A stretch of DNA of 64,000 nucleotides from assembly GCA_010093995.1 (NCBI GenBank), contig ML992507.1, forward strand, positions 264,781-328,780, in the 5' to 3' direction. Positions within the stretch are counted from its first letter, which is position 1. Each line of letters opens with the position of its first letter. The stretch comes from Elsinoe ampelina. Taxonomy: Eukaryota. The position numbers and the translations under genes are program-made. This document shows positions 22,198 to 33,192 of the stretch, one piece after another. The notes beneath the pieces are model-generated. The model made no database searches and was not told where the DNA came from. It saw only the letters and a program-made list of their open reading frames with translations.

Positions 22198-24011
22198 ATG
22201 GCTCAACCCAAGGCCATCAACATCGCGCCGAGTCAATACTGGTGAGTAGACCGCAAATGTCACCTCACGACCAGCCCTAACTTCTATACAGGGAGGGCAA
22301 TGATGGATCCTGGTCGACATTCGCTGTACAAATAGGCAATCCTCCACAAACTGTTCGAGTACTGCCCGCCAGCTCGGGTTCGTCGATATGGGCCGTCTTA
22401 CCAGAGGGATGCGCAGCCGAGGACGACCCGGAAAATTGTGGAACACAAAGAGGTGTATTATTCGACCCGGCAAACTCGACTACGTTTCAAAGAGTCGGAG
22501 GTGAAAGCGACTTCTTCCAATTGCCATACGAGACCGAGGCCTCGCTGGGATACGCCGGCAATGCGATTGTTGGATACGACAATGTTGAGCTGGGCTGGCC
22601 TGGCGCAGGAGGTCCAGCACTTCCAAGTCAGGTCATAGCAGGATACGCAGACAAGGATAACATGCTTGGACTGCTGGGATTGACGCCTCGACCTGTCAAT
22701 GTCACATCCTTCATCGACCGGAAACCTAGCCCGCTCGGCACACTCGCGAATGAGAATAAGACCATTCCCAGCTCGTATTGGGCATACACAGCAGGCGCAC
22801 AATATCGTACACCACGCACACAAGCCAGTCTCGTCTTTGGCGGCTACGACTCGTTACGAGGCGACCTCTCCAAAGGCCTTGTAGTCCCCATGTCCACCGA
22901 CACAAACCGCGATCTCGTAGTCGCCATCAACAGCATAAGCATTACCACCCCTTCTCCAGCCTCCAACGTCTCCGTCACAGGCCTCCCTATCCTCGCACTC
23001 ATCGACTCCGTCGTTCCCGACATCTGGCTCCCGCTCTCCGCATGTCAAGTATTCGAGACCGCCTTCGGGCTCACCTACAACTCCACCGCAGGCAAATACT
23101 TCATCAACGAAACCCAGCACACCTCCCTCCTCGCCCAAAACAGCAGCGTCACCTTCTCGCTCTCCCCCTCCACCTCCTCCCCCCTCTCCGCCCAAGTCCC
23201 CATAACCCTCCCCTACGCCTCCTTCGACCTCACCGCCTCCTACCCCGTCGGCGGCCTCACCCCAAACCAAACCAGCCGGTACTTCCCCCTCCAACGCGCC
23301 GCCAACTCCACCCAATTCACCCTCGGCCGCACCTTCTTCCAAGAAACCTACATCTCAGTAGACTACCCGCGCTCCGAGTTCCGCCTAACCCAAGCCCTCT
23401 TCCCCACAGACCCCTCCACCTCCAACCTCATCTCCATCTCCGCCCCGGGCTCTTCCACCACCTCCTCCTCCCCGCCCCCCCTCGGCGCCATCATCGGCAT
23501 AGCAATAGGCGGCGCCCTCCTCCTCCTCGCCCTCGCAACCTTCCTCTTCCTCCGCCACCGCCGCTCCCGCTCCGAAGCCCGCGAAAAAGCCATGGAGGAA
23601 AAACTCAACCAAGTCGACGAGGCGTTGCGCCGCCAAAACGCCGCCGAGAACGAAAAGCTCAAGCCAGAACTCGACGCCACTACCACCGCCGTCGGCCGCG
23701 AGCGGGGCCGCTGGGAGCTCGACGCCGATGAGAACGAGGCCAAGACGCCGTGGAGCGCGAGCGAGGGCGGGGGCGACGCGGACGAGAAGTATAACTTCGC
23801 GAGCCCCGGGGGTTTTGTCGGGCTGGATGCGAGGAGGCATGAGGTGCCTGATAATATGCTCAACGAGGCGCAGGGGAATGATGGGGCGGTGGAGATGAAT
23901 GGGCGGGGCGTGGTGGGGGAGTTGGATTCGAGGCAGAGGGTGGAGTTGGACGCCGGGGATCAGGGGTGGAAGTCTAGGGCGGTGGAACTGCCGGCGGAGA
24001 AGTATGATTAG
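22198..24011 (+). CDS. Membrane-anchored pepsin-like (A1) aspartic-protease-fold protein, probably inactive; 2 exons
   Basis: ATG 22198, intron ~22242-22291; WEGNDGSWSTFAVQIGNPPQTVRVLP, LGLLGL, IPSSYWAYTAGA, SLVFGGYD, LIDS, TLGRTFFQETY, TM LGAIIGIAIGGALLLLALATFLFL. Confidence 0.85.
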
Positions 24012-24570
24012 GTTGTTGACGTCGCGAGGTTCGTGGGATGGGAAGGTGGGGTTAGTGGTGAGTGAGCGCGGGGTGGATGGGAGGGTGGGTGAGGAAAAGG
24101 GAGTGTGTATAAAGCTTCAAGGCATGATGGCGACAGCAAGTCCATACTTTAGGGAACAGGTCATTTTCACGGCGTAGGCACGGGATGTCAAATGTGGATA
24201 GCCATTTCAATTGTTTCGGTTGATAGTATAATGGACATGAGATGATGATGTAAAAGTACTTTCTCTCGCCGAAAAGTTGTGCTTGGGTCTCCCTTGGAAT
24301 AGGCGCCTTTGCCTACGAGAGGGAGCCTGCATGTTTGTGCGCAGGTGACAATTGTGCACGAATAGGTAAAGGATGTTTGCTGCTGCTACTAAAATCGATC
24401 GACTCCTCCCAGCCTGCGCCGGATGCAAAATGGTGAATGGTCGTCATTTTTGGTGTCTTAAAAAACGACTTGCTTAGAAGAGCAATACAATACGTGACAG
24501 TGAAAACCCTCTGATAACCGCGAAAAAGACCAGCGTGCAAGATCAACGATACGTCGGGCATGTACTGTCT

Positions 24571-25854
24571 TTATGCTCCCCATTCCGAGTCATCTGGGTG
24601 GCTACCAGCACTAATCCCAGTGTCCAAGCTGGCAAAGCCGTTCGTGACTTTGGGTCCTGCAGGCTGTTTGACCTGCTTTGGAGGTGCCGGCGCACTCTCG
24701 ACAGGCTTGACATCAAGAGGAGCGTCGCTATTGGTGCGGTTGTGTCCCTTCTTCGCCTTCTTGGTGTTGACAGTAGCCCAACCGGATTCATCCTCGCTGA
24801 CCTTTGTGGCGGCATGGATGGCATCTTGCTCGGACATGCCGTTGCTGAAGCCATTGGTCGAAGAGGCGCCATTTGCACCTCCGTTGACAGGGCGAGTGGG
24901 TACAACGCTGGCTTGTGCGTTGCCGACTGCAGGAGCCTGAGCACGGTCGACAGTATCCTTGATTGGCTGGACTGGTGTAGCACCTTCGTTCTTCTGGCTG
25001 CTAGTCCAGACACTGCTTGAAGGAGCCTTTGCTTGCTGAAGACCATTCTTGGCCGGTTCACCTCTGGCTTCGCGAGCTGTACGGCGCTGTGCTTCGAGCT
25101 TGGCTTGACGGTCCCTCTCTTGCTCCTCAATCAGAGCCTTGCGCTCTTCGTTCTTCTTCTTGTTCTGGCGTTGCTTCTTGGTCTCCGCCGCCTGGAATTC
25201 CTTCTGCTGGCGTGGGGCGCGCTGAGGTGCTTGGTTCTCGTCCTGTGTCAGTCGAATGACGGAGGGACCAGCGGCCTTTGGCTCCAACATGTCGGAGACA
25301 TTACCAGCCTGACGAGGAGAGTCGGATGGAAACTCATCGTCATCGGCCTCTCCTCCGGTGGAGGAAGCAGCGGAGAGGTTTTGGTTGTTCTCGAGGCTTG
25401 AAGTCTTCACCGTCTTTGTGCGAGAGGCATCCTTTGACGGGACGCTGAGGTTGGTACCGTTCCTGGCGTTGGCCATACGTTGTGCCCATGCCTTGTCTGC
25501 CTCCGCTCCGTCGTCTTGAGCAGGCTCATCGACCTGGACAGCCACTTGTGGAGCAGCCTGTGTCTGTGCCTTACCCTTGCCAGCTTTCCTCTTCTTTGCG
25601 CCCTCAGCGGCGGAAGACTCGCCCTTTTCGCGGGCGGAAGCAGCCGGAGCTTCACTCTCAGATGCGCTGGCGCGGTCTGGTTTCCGCTTGACCTTTGACT
25701 CCTTCTTGTTGGACTTTGGCTGTGGTTGTGATCCTTCCGAGGCAGTGCCAGATCGACCCCTTGCTTTTTCGGGCTTCTTGCCGGTAGCTGTGTAGTAGTA
25801 TGCGGCCCCTCCGACAACTCCGAGGACGACAGTCCAGGAGACGACGGGATTCAT
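24571..25854 (-). CDS. Uncharacterised protein with N-terminal membrane anchor and charged disordered/coiled-coil body
   Basis: 427-aa ORF starting MNPVVSWTVVLGVVGGAAYYY; ETKKQRQNKKKNEERK..LEAQRRTAREARGEP; GWATVNTKK. Confidence 0.8.
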   Translation of the reverse strand: MNPVVSWTVVLGVVGGAAYYYTATGKKPEKARGRSGTASEGSQPQPKSNKKESKVKRKPDRASASESEAPAASAREKGESSAAEGAKKRKAGKGKAQTQAAPQVAVQVDEPAQDDGAEADKAWAQRMANARNGTNLSVPSKDASRTKTVKTSSLENNQNLSAASSTGGEADDDEFPSDSPRQAGNVSDMLEPKAAGPSVIRLTQDENQAPQRAPRQQKEFQAAETKKQRQNKKKNEERKALIEEQERDRQAKLEAQRRTAREARGEPAKNGLQQAKAPSSSVWTSSQKNEGATPVQPIKDTVDRAQAPAVGNAQASVVPTRPVNGGANGASSTNGFSNGMSEQDAIHAATKVSEDESGWATVNTKKAKKGHNRTNSDAPLDVKPVESAPAPPKQVKQPAGPKVTNGFASLDTGISAGSHPDDSEWGA

Positions 25855-26697
25855 GGTGAGATGGCGACGGTCCGGTCAATTATAGTATTTGATTCCGAGA
25901 TATTGAGGAGAGAGGAAGGGAAAGGAAGTTCTGTAGCAGGTGGTAATTGTTGTTGCCAGAGTCTAATTCAAGCAAGGGCTGTCGTGTCAGGATGGTGGAG
26001 CTTGTGGGTGGAGGGGACAGCTAGACTATTCGCCGTCTATGCCGCCATATTTGCTGTCCCACGAAGTGACAGGGCCAATTCGGATACGACAAACCTTCTC
26101 GAGTTTCCAATATCGTCGAAATCGTTGCAGTGTGCGCATGCAGTCAACCGTTGAGTGTTGAATTGATGGAGAAAGGTGTCGAGTGGTGAAGCAACGTAAT
26201 GGACATTCCCCGGAACAAAGCTGCCGCGCAATGATTGGAGAAGGAGCACTGAACCAAAGAGCTCGGATCACATCACCACCTGTACTTTTCCAAGGTCCCT
26301 CGCTTCCCTCATTTTTGCTCCAGCGCCAATCAAATCAGGCGAGTCAAGAAATCGACACGAAGGACGCTCAGTCTCCGCTCGAGGAGGTTGGTGCATGCAT
26401 CTCACGTTTGATAAGGCCCTAGCCAACCCTAGGCCTGGGAAGCAATACAGAACATGCGACACAGATCCTCTAGGGCTCATGACAGAAGCTTGAATGACGC
26501 GTAACGAGGGCTTTGTATTTCATGGTAACGTCAAGTCATGAAGAGAATGTAACCAAAAGATCAACAACGAACGACGCCGTAAAACGTCAAGAATCAGAGG
26601 CTCAAAGCAATACATCCTGACAAAACTACTACAAGAAACGAAGTGTCCAGTCCATGCCGGATGAACAAGATTGGTCGAGAGCGATGCACGACACGCT

Positions 26698-27915
26698 CTA
26701 CGCAGCCATGGAGCGCGCGTGGTGCTTGTGGTGCATGGCGAGATGACGCTTGAGTCTATCGCTCCTTGCAGCCTTGCGAGCCTTGCCAGCGTATTCCTCG
26801 CTAACCTTGATCTCGCCGTCCCGGCAAACGGTACCGTCAGCAGTCTGAAGCCATTGATCGACCTTGCCAAAGTTGCAGAGAGCAAATTCCTTCTCGCTGC
26901 GGCAGACTATGCGGCCATCCTCGGGACATGTCTGGTTGGCATCACCCACTGCGGCAGGTGCTTGGACAGGAGTGACGTTGGACGTGGACGAACCGGAAGA
27001 GCTGCCGGTGTTCTCTGGAGCGGCTTGCTGAGCAGCTGGCTGTTGAGGCACAGGAGCGACAGGCTCAGGAGCTGCAGCGGTCTGATCTGAGGACTGGCCA
27101 TTGAAACCTCTGTTCGGGCCAACGTCGATGGCGCTGTCAGTCTTTGCAGGTGGTGCTGAGGTAGTCGTAGCAGCGGCGCTCGATGTATATGTCGGAGGGT
27201 CATGGGGAGGTGCAGGTGCGGGTCCACTGTCTGAACCACAGGCACCACCAGTGGCATCAGTGAAGCCGTATTGTGCTCCAAGCTTGACTGTGTACTTTCC
27301 TGCATTGGGGATCATCAAGTTTTTGCCGGTCGTGCCGCTGTGGCAGTCGGACTGCAGGTTAGGCAGGAAGAGGTTGGGGAGCGCATTGAAAGCCGAATCG
27401 TCGTCAGCACCGCCTGTGATCTCGACGGGCGCGCAGTTCATGTAGATCTCCTCGTTGAGACTCAAACGAGGGATCCAGGTCCAGGCCAGCACGGCATCGC
27501 CGTTTTGGACCTCGGCGGGCATCTCCCACGGTAGAGGAGCTGCCCAGTTGTTGCCCTCGGACGCCATCGGGCAGCCACCTTCCCATGACTTGATGACCTT
27601 GAAGACGCTCGATTTGGTGGGATCCAAGTCGCGAGTTACGCTGAGCTGGCAGGTACCGCCGCCGTGGGTGACATAATTGTCCCATTCCAAGTTGTAGGTC
27701 TGTCCGACGCTGATGGGATTCGTCCCCTGACTCTGGAGTGGCTGGCCATTCACTTTCTTGCATGGGTAATCAGATCCATCTGGGAGAAGAGGACTGCGCT
27801 TGTAGTCGGGGTTCTGGAATTTGAATGGTGTTGGCTTTGTGAGAATGAGATGGCCCGAGGCGACGCTGCTGAGGGCGGCCGTGGCGAACAGCATGTGAGC
27901 AGTGAAAGAGTGCAT
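26698..27915 (-). CDS. Secreted AA11 lytic polysaccharide monooxygenase with C-terminal Cys-rich module
   Basis: Signal MHSFTAHMLFATAALSSVASG followed by His1; DGSDYPCK, THGGGTCQLS, KVIKSWEGGCP, LAWTW, EIYMNCA; P/A/S linker; C-terminal CPEDGRIVC..FALCNFG..ADGTVCRDG. Confidence 0.9.
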   Translation of the reverse strand: MHSFTAHMLFATAALSSVASGHLILTKPTPFKFQNPDYKRSPLLPDGSDYPCKKVNGQPLQSQGTNPISVGQTYNLEWDNYVTHGGGTCQLSVTRDLDPTKSSVFKVIKSWEGGCPMASEGNNWAAPLPWEMPAEVQNGDAVLAWTWIPRLSLNEEIYMNCAPVEITGGADDDSAFNALPNLFLPNLQSDCHSGTTGKNLMIPNAGKYTVKLGAQYGFTDATGGACGSDSGPAPAPPHDPPTYTSSAAATTTSAPPAKTDSAIDVGPNRGFNGQSSDQTAAAPEPVAPVPQQPAAQQAAPENTGSSSGSSTSNVTPVQAPAAVGDANQTCPEDGRIVCRSEKEFALCNFGKVDQWLQTADGTVCRDGEIKVSEEYAGKARKAARSDRLKRHLAMHHKHHARSMAA

Positions 27916-28570
27916 TGCGGCACTGGATGATTTCGGGATCTTTCGTAGTTTTGCAGAATTTCTTTGTTGAATGGGACGATAATGAGTGACTGTCGCAAAA
28001 AGGAGTGACGAATCTGATCCTACCAGAGGATACAGTGACCAGCACGAAACAACAAGTAATGAGTGGATGGGAAGCAAAAGGAAATGGGGGATAATCACGC
28101 TTTGTATAGATTGAGCTCAGCAAGGCTGGAATACTACCTGAACATGCTCCGGTGCGCCCCCCAAGAGCTGTTCTGGATGATCAGCATTGGCATCTGCGGT
28201 AGGCGAGTCGTGTTGGTCGCTAGCGGGCCACTGCAATTTGCCAGTCCAGTCTCAGGATTTACGAGCTGAAGTCGGATTTGAGCGAGGCTTCGTCAAAGCT
28301 CGTGTCCCATGGCTGCTGTTGTGGCGGTGCGTTCGAACGAGTTCGCGTTCACGACGCCCTTGGGCCAAAAAGCCCGAGGCCTGCGCCTGGGGTTCCAACG
28401 TTCGGCTACACGAGGCCGCACAGTTCGTCAATGATGTTAGGATCACTCCTTTTGAGCTCATCAACTTGTGTAATCCTGCCACCCTCTTCCGACTCAAGAC
28501 CCTACACGTCACTGAGCAGTTGAGCTTGCTCCCTGCGGAGATAGTAGCTTCCCGATCAAGCGACGGAGGA

Positions 28571-28714
28571 GGCAGACAGAATGCTAGGCATGATGGCAAA
28601 GAAGAAGGTAGACAGAACACTACGTACAATGGCAAAGAAGAAGGCAGACAGGGTACTAGGTACAATGGCAATGAAGCAGCCAGACAGAATACTAGGTATA
28701 ATGGCAGGGAAGAA
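28571..28714. repeat. Minisatellite, 4 x 36 bp imperfect
   Basis: Units GGCAGACAGAATGCTAGGCATGATGGCAAAGAAGAA / GGTAGACAGAACACTACGTACAATGGCAAAGAAGAA / GGCAGACAGGGTACTAGGTACAATGGCAATGAAGCA / GCCAGACAGAATACTAGGTATAATGGCAGGGAAGAA. Confidence 0.85.
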
Positions 28715-29453
28715 GCCAGCGCCCTTAGCCAACGGTTACCCTGGGACAGAGCCGCCACTCACTTCACGCATACCACGGAAGATAAAGTGCATCAGGCATA
28801 CTATATGCACATTACTAATTCTTCTTAGTATCATGCTAAATCATCAAACAAGTTCCCCGGCCTATCACCTGAGCGCTGTTGACGCTCTGATACATCTCCA
28901 CCCTGAACGCATCTCGAACATGCGTCCTCCTTCGTCCTTACATACTTCTTCGCTACGAACGGTCATTCGATTGTACCCACAAGTCGCTCTGCGATGAGGG
29001 ACCCGTTACACTGAGCTTAGTCCCCGAGACGTCGAATGCCCGATCTGGGGCATGCACGAGTGAGCTGGCTGACCGTTTTGCCGCTCTTGTATCTCACAAG
29101 GGAACGTTTGAACAGTTCACACTTGTCACTAATCTGTTCGTCGATTACTCGCCCCTTTTGACATGTTTGCTGGTAGTGTACACCTTGATCCGATACACAC
29201 GTGGCGACGGTGACTTTGAGATCATATCTTCAGCGGTACAACCATGTGAATTTCTTCAATCAAAATGGTCGTTTCGCTATTTCTTCTTTTCTTCTCTACC
29301 TATTTGACATGCAGCTGTGCTGCATACGTCCCGTCTGCACGCAAGTCTCCCGATCTTTGACCCAGACCCACTAGCTTACCAATTAGCAGGATGTAGGAAA
29401 CTTGGTCCGCAACTAAGCACCATCGACCAGTACATCTCGGATCCCCGGCGGCT

Positions 29454-30990
29454 GTGCAATCACTACCTTTACGCGTACGTTCAGCAGGGCGCCCTCGGCG
29501 GCGGGCATTGATACAGCACAGACCTCGGGAGAGAAGTCCAATCCCCAGTATCAGCGCCACCACGATGAAGCAAGCCTGCCAATGCGTGTCGCTCCGCGCA
29601 GGCCAGAAGATCACCAAGTTCCCCAAGCAATGGCCGCCTCCAGCTGGAGGGAGAAAGTTCAATTGCGACCAGCAATACATTATAGCAATCAAAGCTCAGT
29701 TCGTCGATGAGCTGGGATTCTGCCATTTCTTCATCGCCATGTTAGACTGTCAAATTACCAACCCATGCCAGCGGACTAATCTTTCACAGTGCTCGTACAC
29801 TGTCACCAGTGCGTGCGCTCTCGCCGATGCAGGTGGGCAACGCTGCATGTGTATCATCAAAACGCCGAAGATATCCCACTCAGCAACGACCTCTTCTTTA
29901 CCCATGCCGGAGACATCATCCACGGCAGCCCCTACGGCGAGCTCGGTCACCAGCAGAACAGAATCGGTCTTCTATTTCTACCAAAAGCCTTTGGACCAGT
30001 GACACAGCAGCCTCTTCAACTACGGCAATCATGACAACCACAACTTCCACGACATTAACGACACCAACGACCACAACAGTTACAACGACAACTGTGACAA
30101 GGTCAAACACGACAACGACAATGACAGCACCAACTGCCACGTCGATAAGCAGCCTTGTTCTGAGTGCGCCGACGACCCTTGCCTCAAGCACAACGACAAC
30201 CCACACTACCGCCAGCGGCCCACTTGATACACCCACAGTGACCGGAACAACTACATCAGATTCAAGTATATACACCATCACGACTACCACCTCAACAACC
30301 TTAATCTCCCTCACTAGCAACATTTCAATCATCTCCACTTTGACGACTACAACATCGACAGCTGCCACGACTTCCCCCACAAGCACAACTTTGACAACTA
30401 CCACAATGTCCACATCAACAACGACAGCACCCATCTCCACGACGACGACAACGACGACGACGACCACCACCACCACCAGAGCCTCCGACGCCCGTCTCCT
30501 CGCCAACCCCACCCCAATCCACCCCGTCAACGCCCAAAACCGCCCCCTCCAATCCTACGACGACCAAACCTGGTCCCTCACCAACCCCTTCCCGATAACC
30601 CTCTACCGCTACACCAGCACCACCCTCCGGGCCGGCGTCAACGGCTGGCTAAGCCTAACCGGCATCTCCACGCGGCATACCACCCTCCCCGCTCCCCGAA
30701 ACCGGCCACACAGACGTGCACCTCGCCGTGTTCCACTTCGACCAGTGCGTCGACGCCGACACCAACCAGGGTATCTTCTAGGAAGTCTCCGGCGTTGCCC
30801 CGGATAGGGTGTTGGAGGTGGAGTGGTTGACGAGTGTTTGCCGTGGGTTGGGGGCGGTGTATTACCATTACGTGATGGTGTATGAGGAGAATAGCCCGGG
30901 GGGAGGTGCGGTATAGGTTTCATGAGCTGGCTGAGCAGGTTTAGTGCGGAGTCGGGCACGGTTGGGGGTGCAGAATGTGATTCCTGATCC
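29454..30990 (+). pseudogene. Disrupted mucin-like (Thr-rich) surface-protein gene with a C-terminal beta-rich globular domain
   Basis: Long Thr-rich stalk (~30000-30480), then YDDQTWSLTNPFPITLY..GVNGWLSL; frameshift ~30660-30720; other frame FHFDQCVDADTNQGIF*EVSG..RVLEVEWL..YYHYVMVYEENSPG with in-frame TAG at 30779-30781. Confidence 0.65.
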
Positions 30991-31109
30991 CGGGACGATG
31001 GCTTGGGGGAGGACGGCGGAGAGTGTGGTTTCTCCTTAGAGATGTATACGACCCAGAGACTCGTAATATTGCGGTGTTCGTGGAGATATATCCTAATAAA
31101 GGTACGTAT

Positions 31110-33192
31110 CTACAGCTTCTCCAACAAGATCTTCGCCCCGGCGTTCGGCCTCGCCTCCTTTCCCTCCGCCGCCTTCTCGATACTCTTCCGCCCTTTCTTC
31201 AACGCCTTGAGCACGTCCCCTTTGTCCTTCCCCAGCTCATCCCCTTCCACCATCGCGACGACCACGAAACTGCTTGGCCCTGTCGCCCAATCCACGAGCT
31301 TGTCCTTGATAACACTGTACAACGCTGGGGAGAAGCCGAGTGGCTGCTCGGGCTTGACGACTTGTTTGGTTTTGGCGTCGAATTTGCCCCCTGCGCAAAG
31401 GGCGCGGAGCATCTTGCCGCCGGCAGGGAGGTGGGTGATGTGCTCTTCCGATGTAGGATCGCCGGCACAGATGGCTGCTACGGCGGCACAGGCTTGTTGC
31501 TTGTCTTTGGCTTCGGCGGTCGTGCCGAGGAGGATCTCGGTGACTGCTTGGCACCCTGGGATGGAGGTGCAGAGGACGTCGGCTCGGCGGGTGACGATCT
31601 CGAGGAGAGGTTTTGACAGGTAGGCTGCTAGCTCGGTGCGGCGGATGTCGGGGGATTTTTTGGATGTGGTTTCGCGGATGGTGTGGATTTCTTGGAGGAG
31701 AGGAGCGGCTTCGGGCGGAACGAGCCATTTGGCGTCGCCGGCGAGGTAGTAGAGGAGCAGAAGTCGGCCGGTTCTGTGGGTGAGGATGGAGATGAGACGT
31801 TCATCTCGCTCTTCCTCGTTGGTGACGCTCTCAAACGAGAGTTCTGAGAAGACGGACTTGCCACTTGTTCTCGTGTCGTCTGTGACTTCGAGTGCGGTCA
31901 AAAGGACTTGGTAAGCATATGCGTCAAGAGCCATCAGCTCCATCGTGTCTCGGTATACTCGAAGGATCTGCTTCCGGTCCTTAGCGCTTCCGTTTGCCAG
32001 CGCGAGGCAAACGACCTTGCTGCCGTTCTTGGTAAATGCGAGGTTCTTGATGAGATCGCCCCCTCCCGAAGGATCGTCAAGATCAGACTTGAGGTTTTCC
32101 AAGAACTCGGTCGCTTCCTCTGATCCCGCCGGCGTATTGATGTAGTACTGGTGCATGGCGTCGTGAAGCATTGTGAAGCCAGTCATCTTCTTCTGTACAA
32201 GTTGGTTGATAAGTTGATATAGGTTCTGCATGATGGGTTTCCGCTTCTCTGGCGATGCTTCAAGGATGGCGGACAGCTCAGCTGTTGGCTTCTCATCCTT
32301 CTTCAATCTGTCATCCCTGATCTTGTTGTCCAGGGCAAATTCGGCTCCGTACCATTCTCGAAGCATCTTCGCCTTTTGTTCTGATGTCGCTACTTGCCGG
32401 TAGATGTCGTCTACGATCCAGGCAGCCTCTGGATGATTGATCAACCGTCGGATATGCCCGTAGAACTCTGGAATAACCAAATTCTTGATCTCCTGGTCGC
32501 CTTCCATGACAATCTTGGCGACCATGAATTTGCCATATCTGCTCTCGGCTAGAGCCCGCATGTCTGCCTGCAGCTCCTTGGTAATGTTCAATCGCTGTTC
32601 CTTGTTGGCGTACTTGAGCGCGCATTGGATGACGCGGACACTGTCATGCTTGAAGACGAAATCGCGGACACGACCATTGATGATCACGTAGAGCTCCTCA
32701 ACAAGCTTCTTCCTTTCTTCCAACGGTACATGCGACTTTCTCCTCAGCTTCTCCCAGATCTTTTTGGACCGAGCGATCAGGTCAGCATTCGGCTTACTGG
32801 CTTTCCGCTCCTTTGCCAGCGCTCTTTGTTTTGCATGCGATTCCGCCGAAGTGTTCTCGACTGCTACACGGTCAGACCAATGATGTGCTTGCTCCTGCGA
32901 TGTACATACCCTTGAATTTCTTGTCACCACCCGCGACGGAGCTCTCCTCCTTAGCACCCTTCGTGGCGGACTTCGATCGAGGCGGTCTATCTGATGATGC
33001 ATCGTCTGATGTGGGTGATGTCTCCTCAGGCGAAAAGTCCTCCAAATCGTGTTCGCCTCCAGATCCAGTAGAGTCCTCATGAATGGCGTTCTTCTTGATC
33101 GCTGGCTTGTTGAAGGTGGTCTTCTGCTTCTTGCTCCCTTTGTGGTCGGAGGGCGCCTTTCCCTCGGCTCGTCTCTTGATCCCAGCGGCCAT
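31110..33192 (-). CDS. PUF6: Pumilio-homology nucleolar protein Puf6/PUM3, 2 exons
   Basis: ATG 33192 MAAGIKRR; intron ~32864-32909; ESHAKQRALAKERK, KKIWEKLRRK, FVFKHDSVRVIQCALKY, LAESRYGKF, LAFTKNGSKV..GSAKDRK, VTDDT. Confidence 0.92.

Noticed and set aside
24180..24570. Possible ncRNA (Sm-like ATTTTTGG at ~24446)
   Set aside because: No snRNA hallmark sequences; best explained as the 3' UTR region of the convergent genes.
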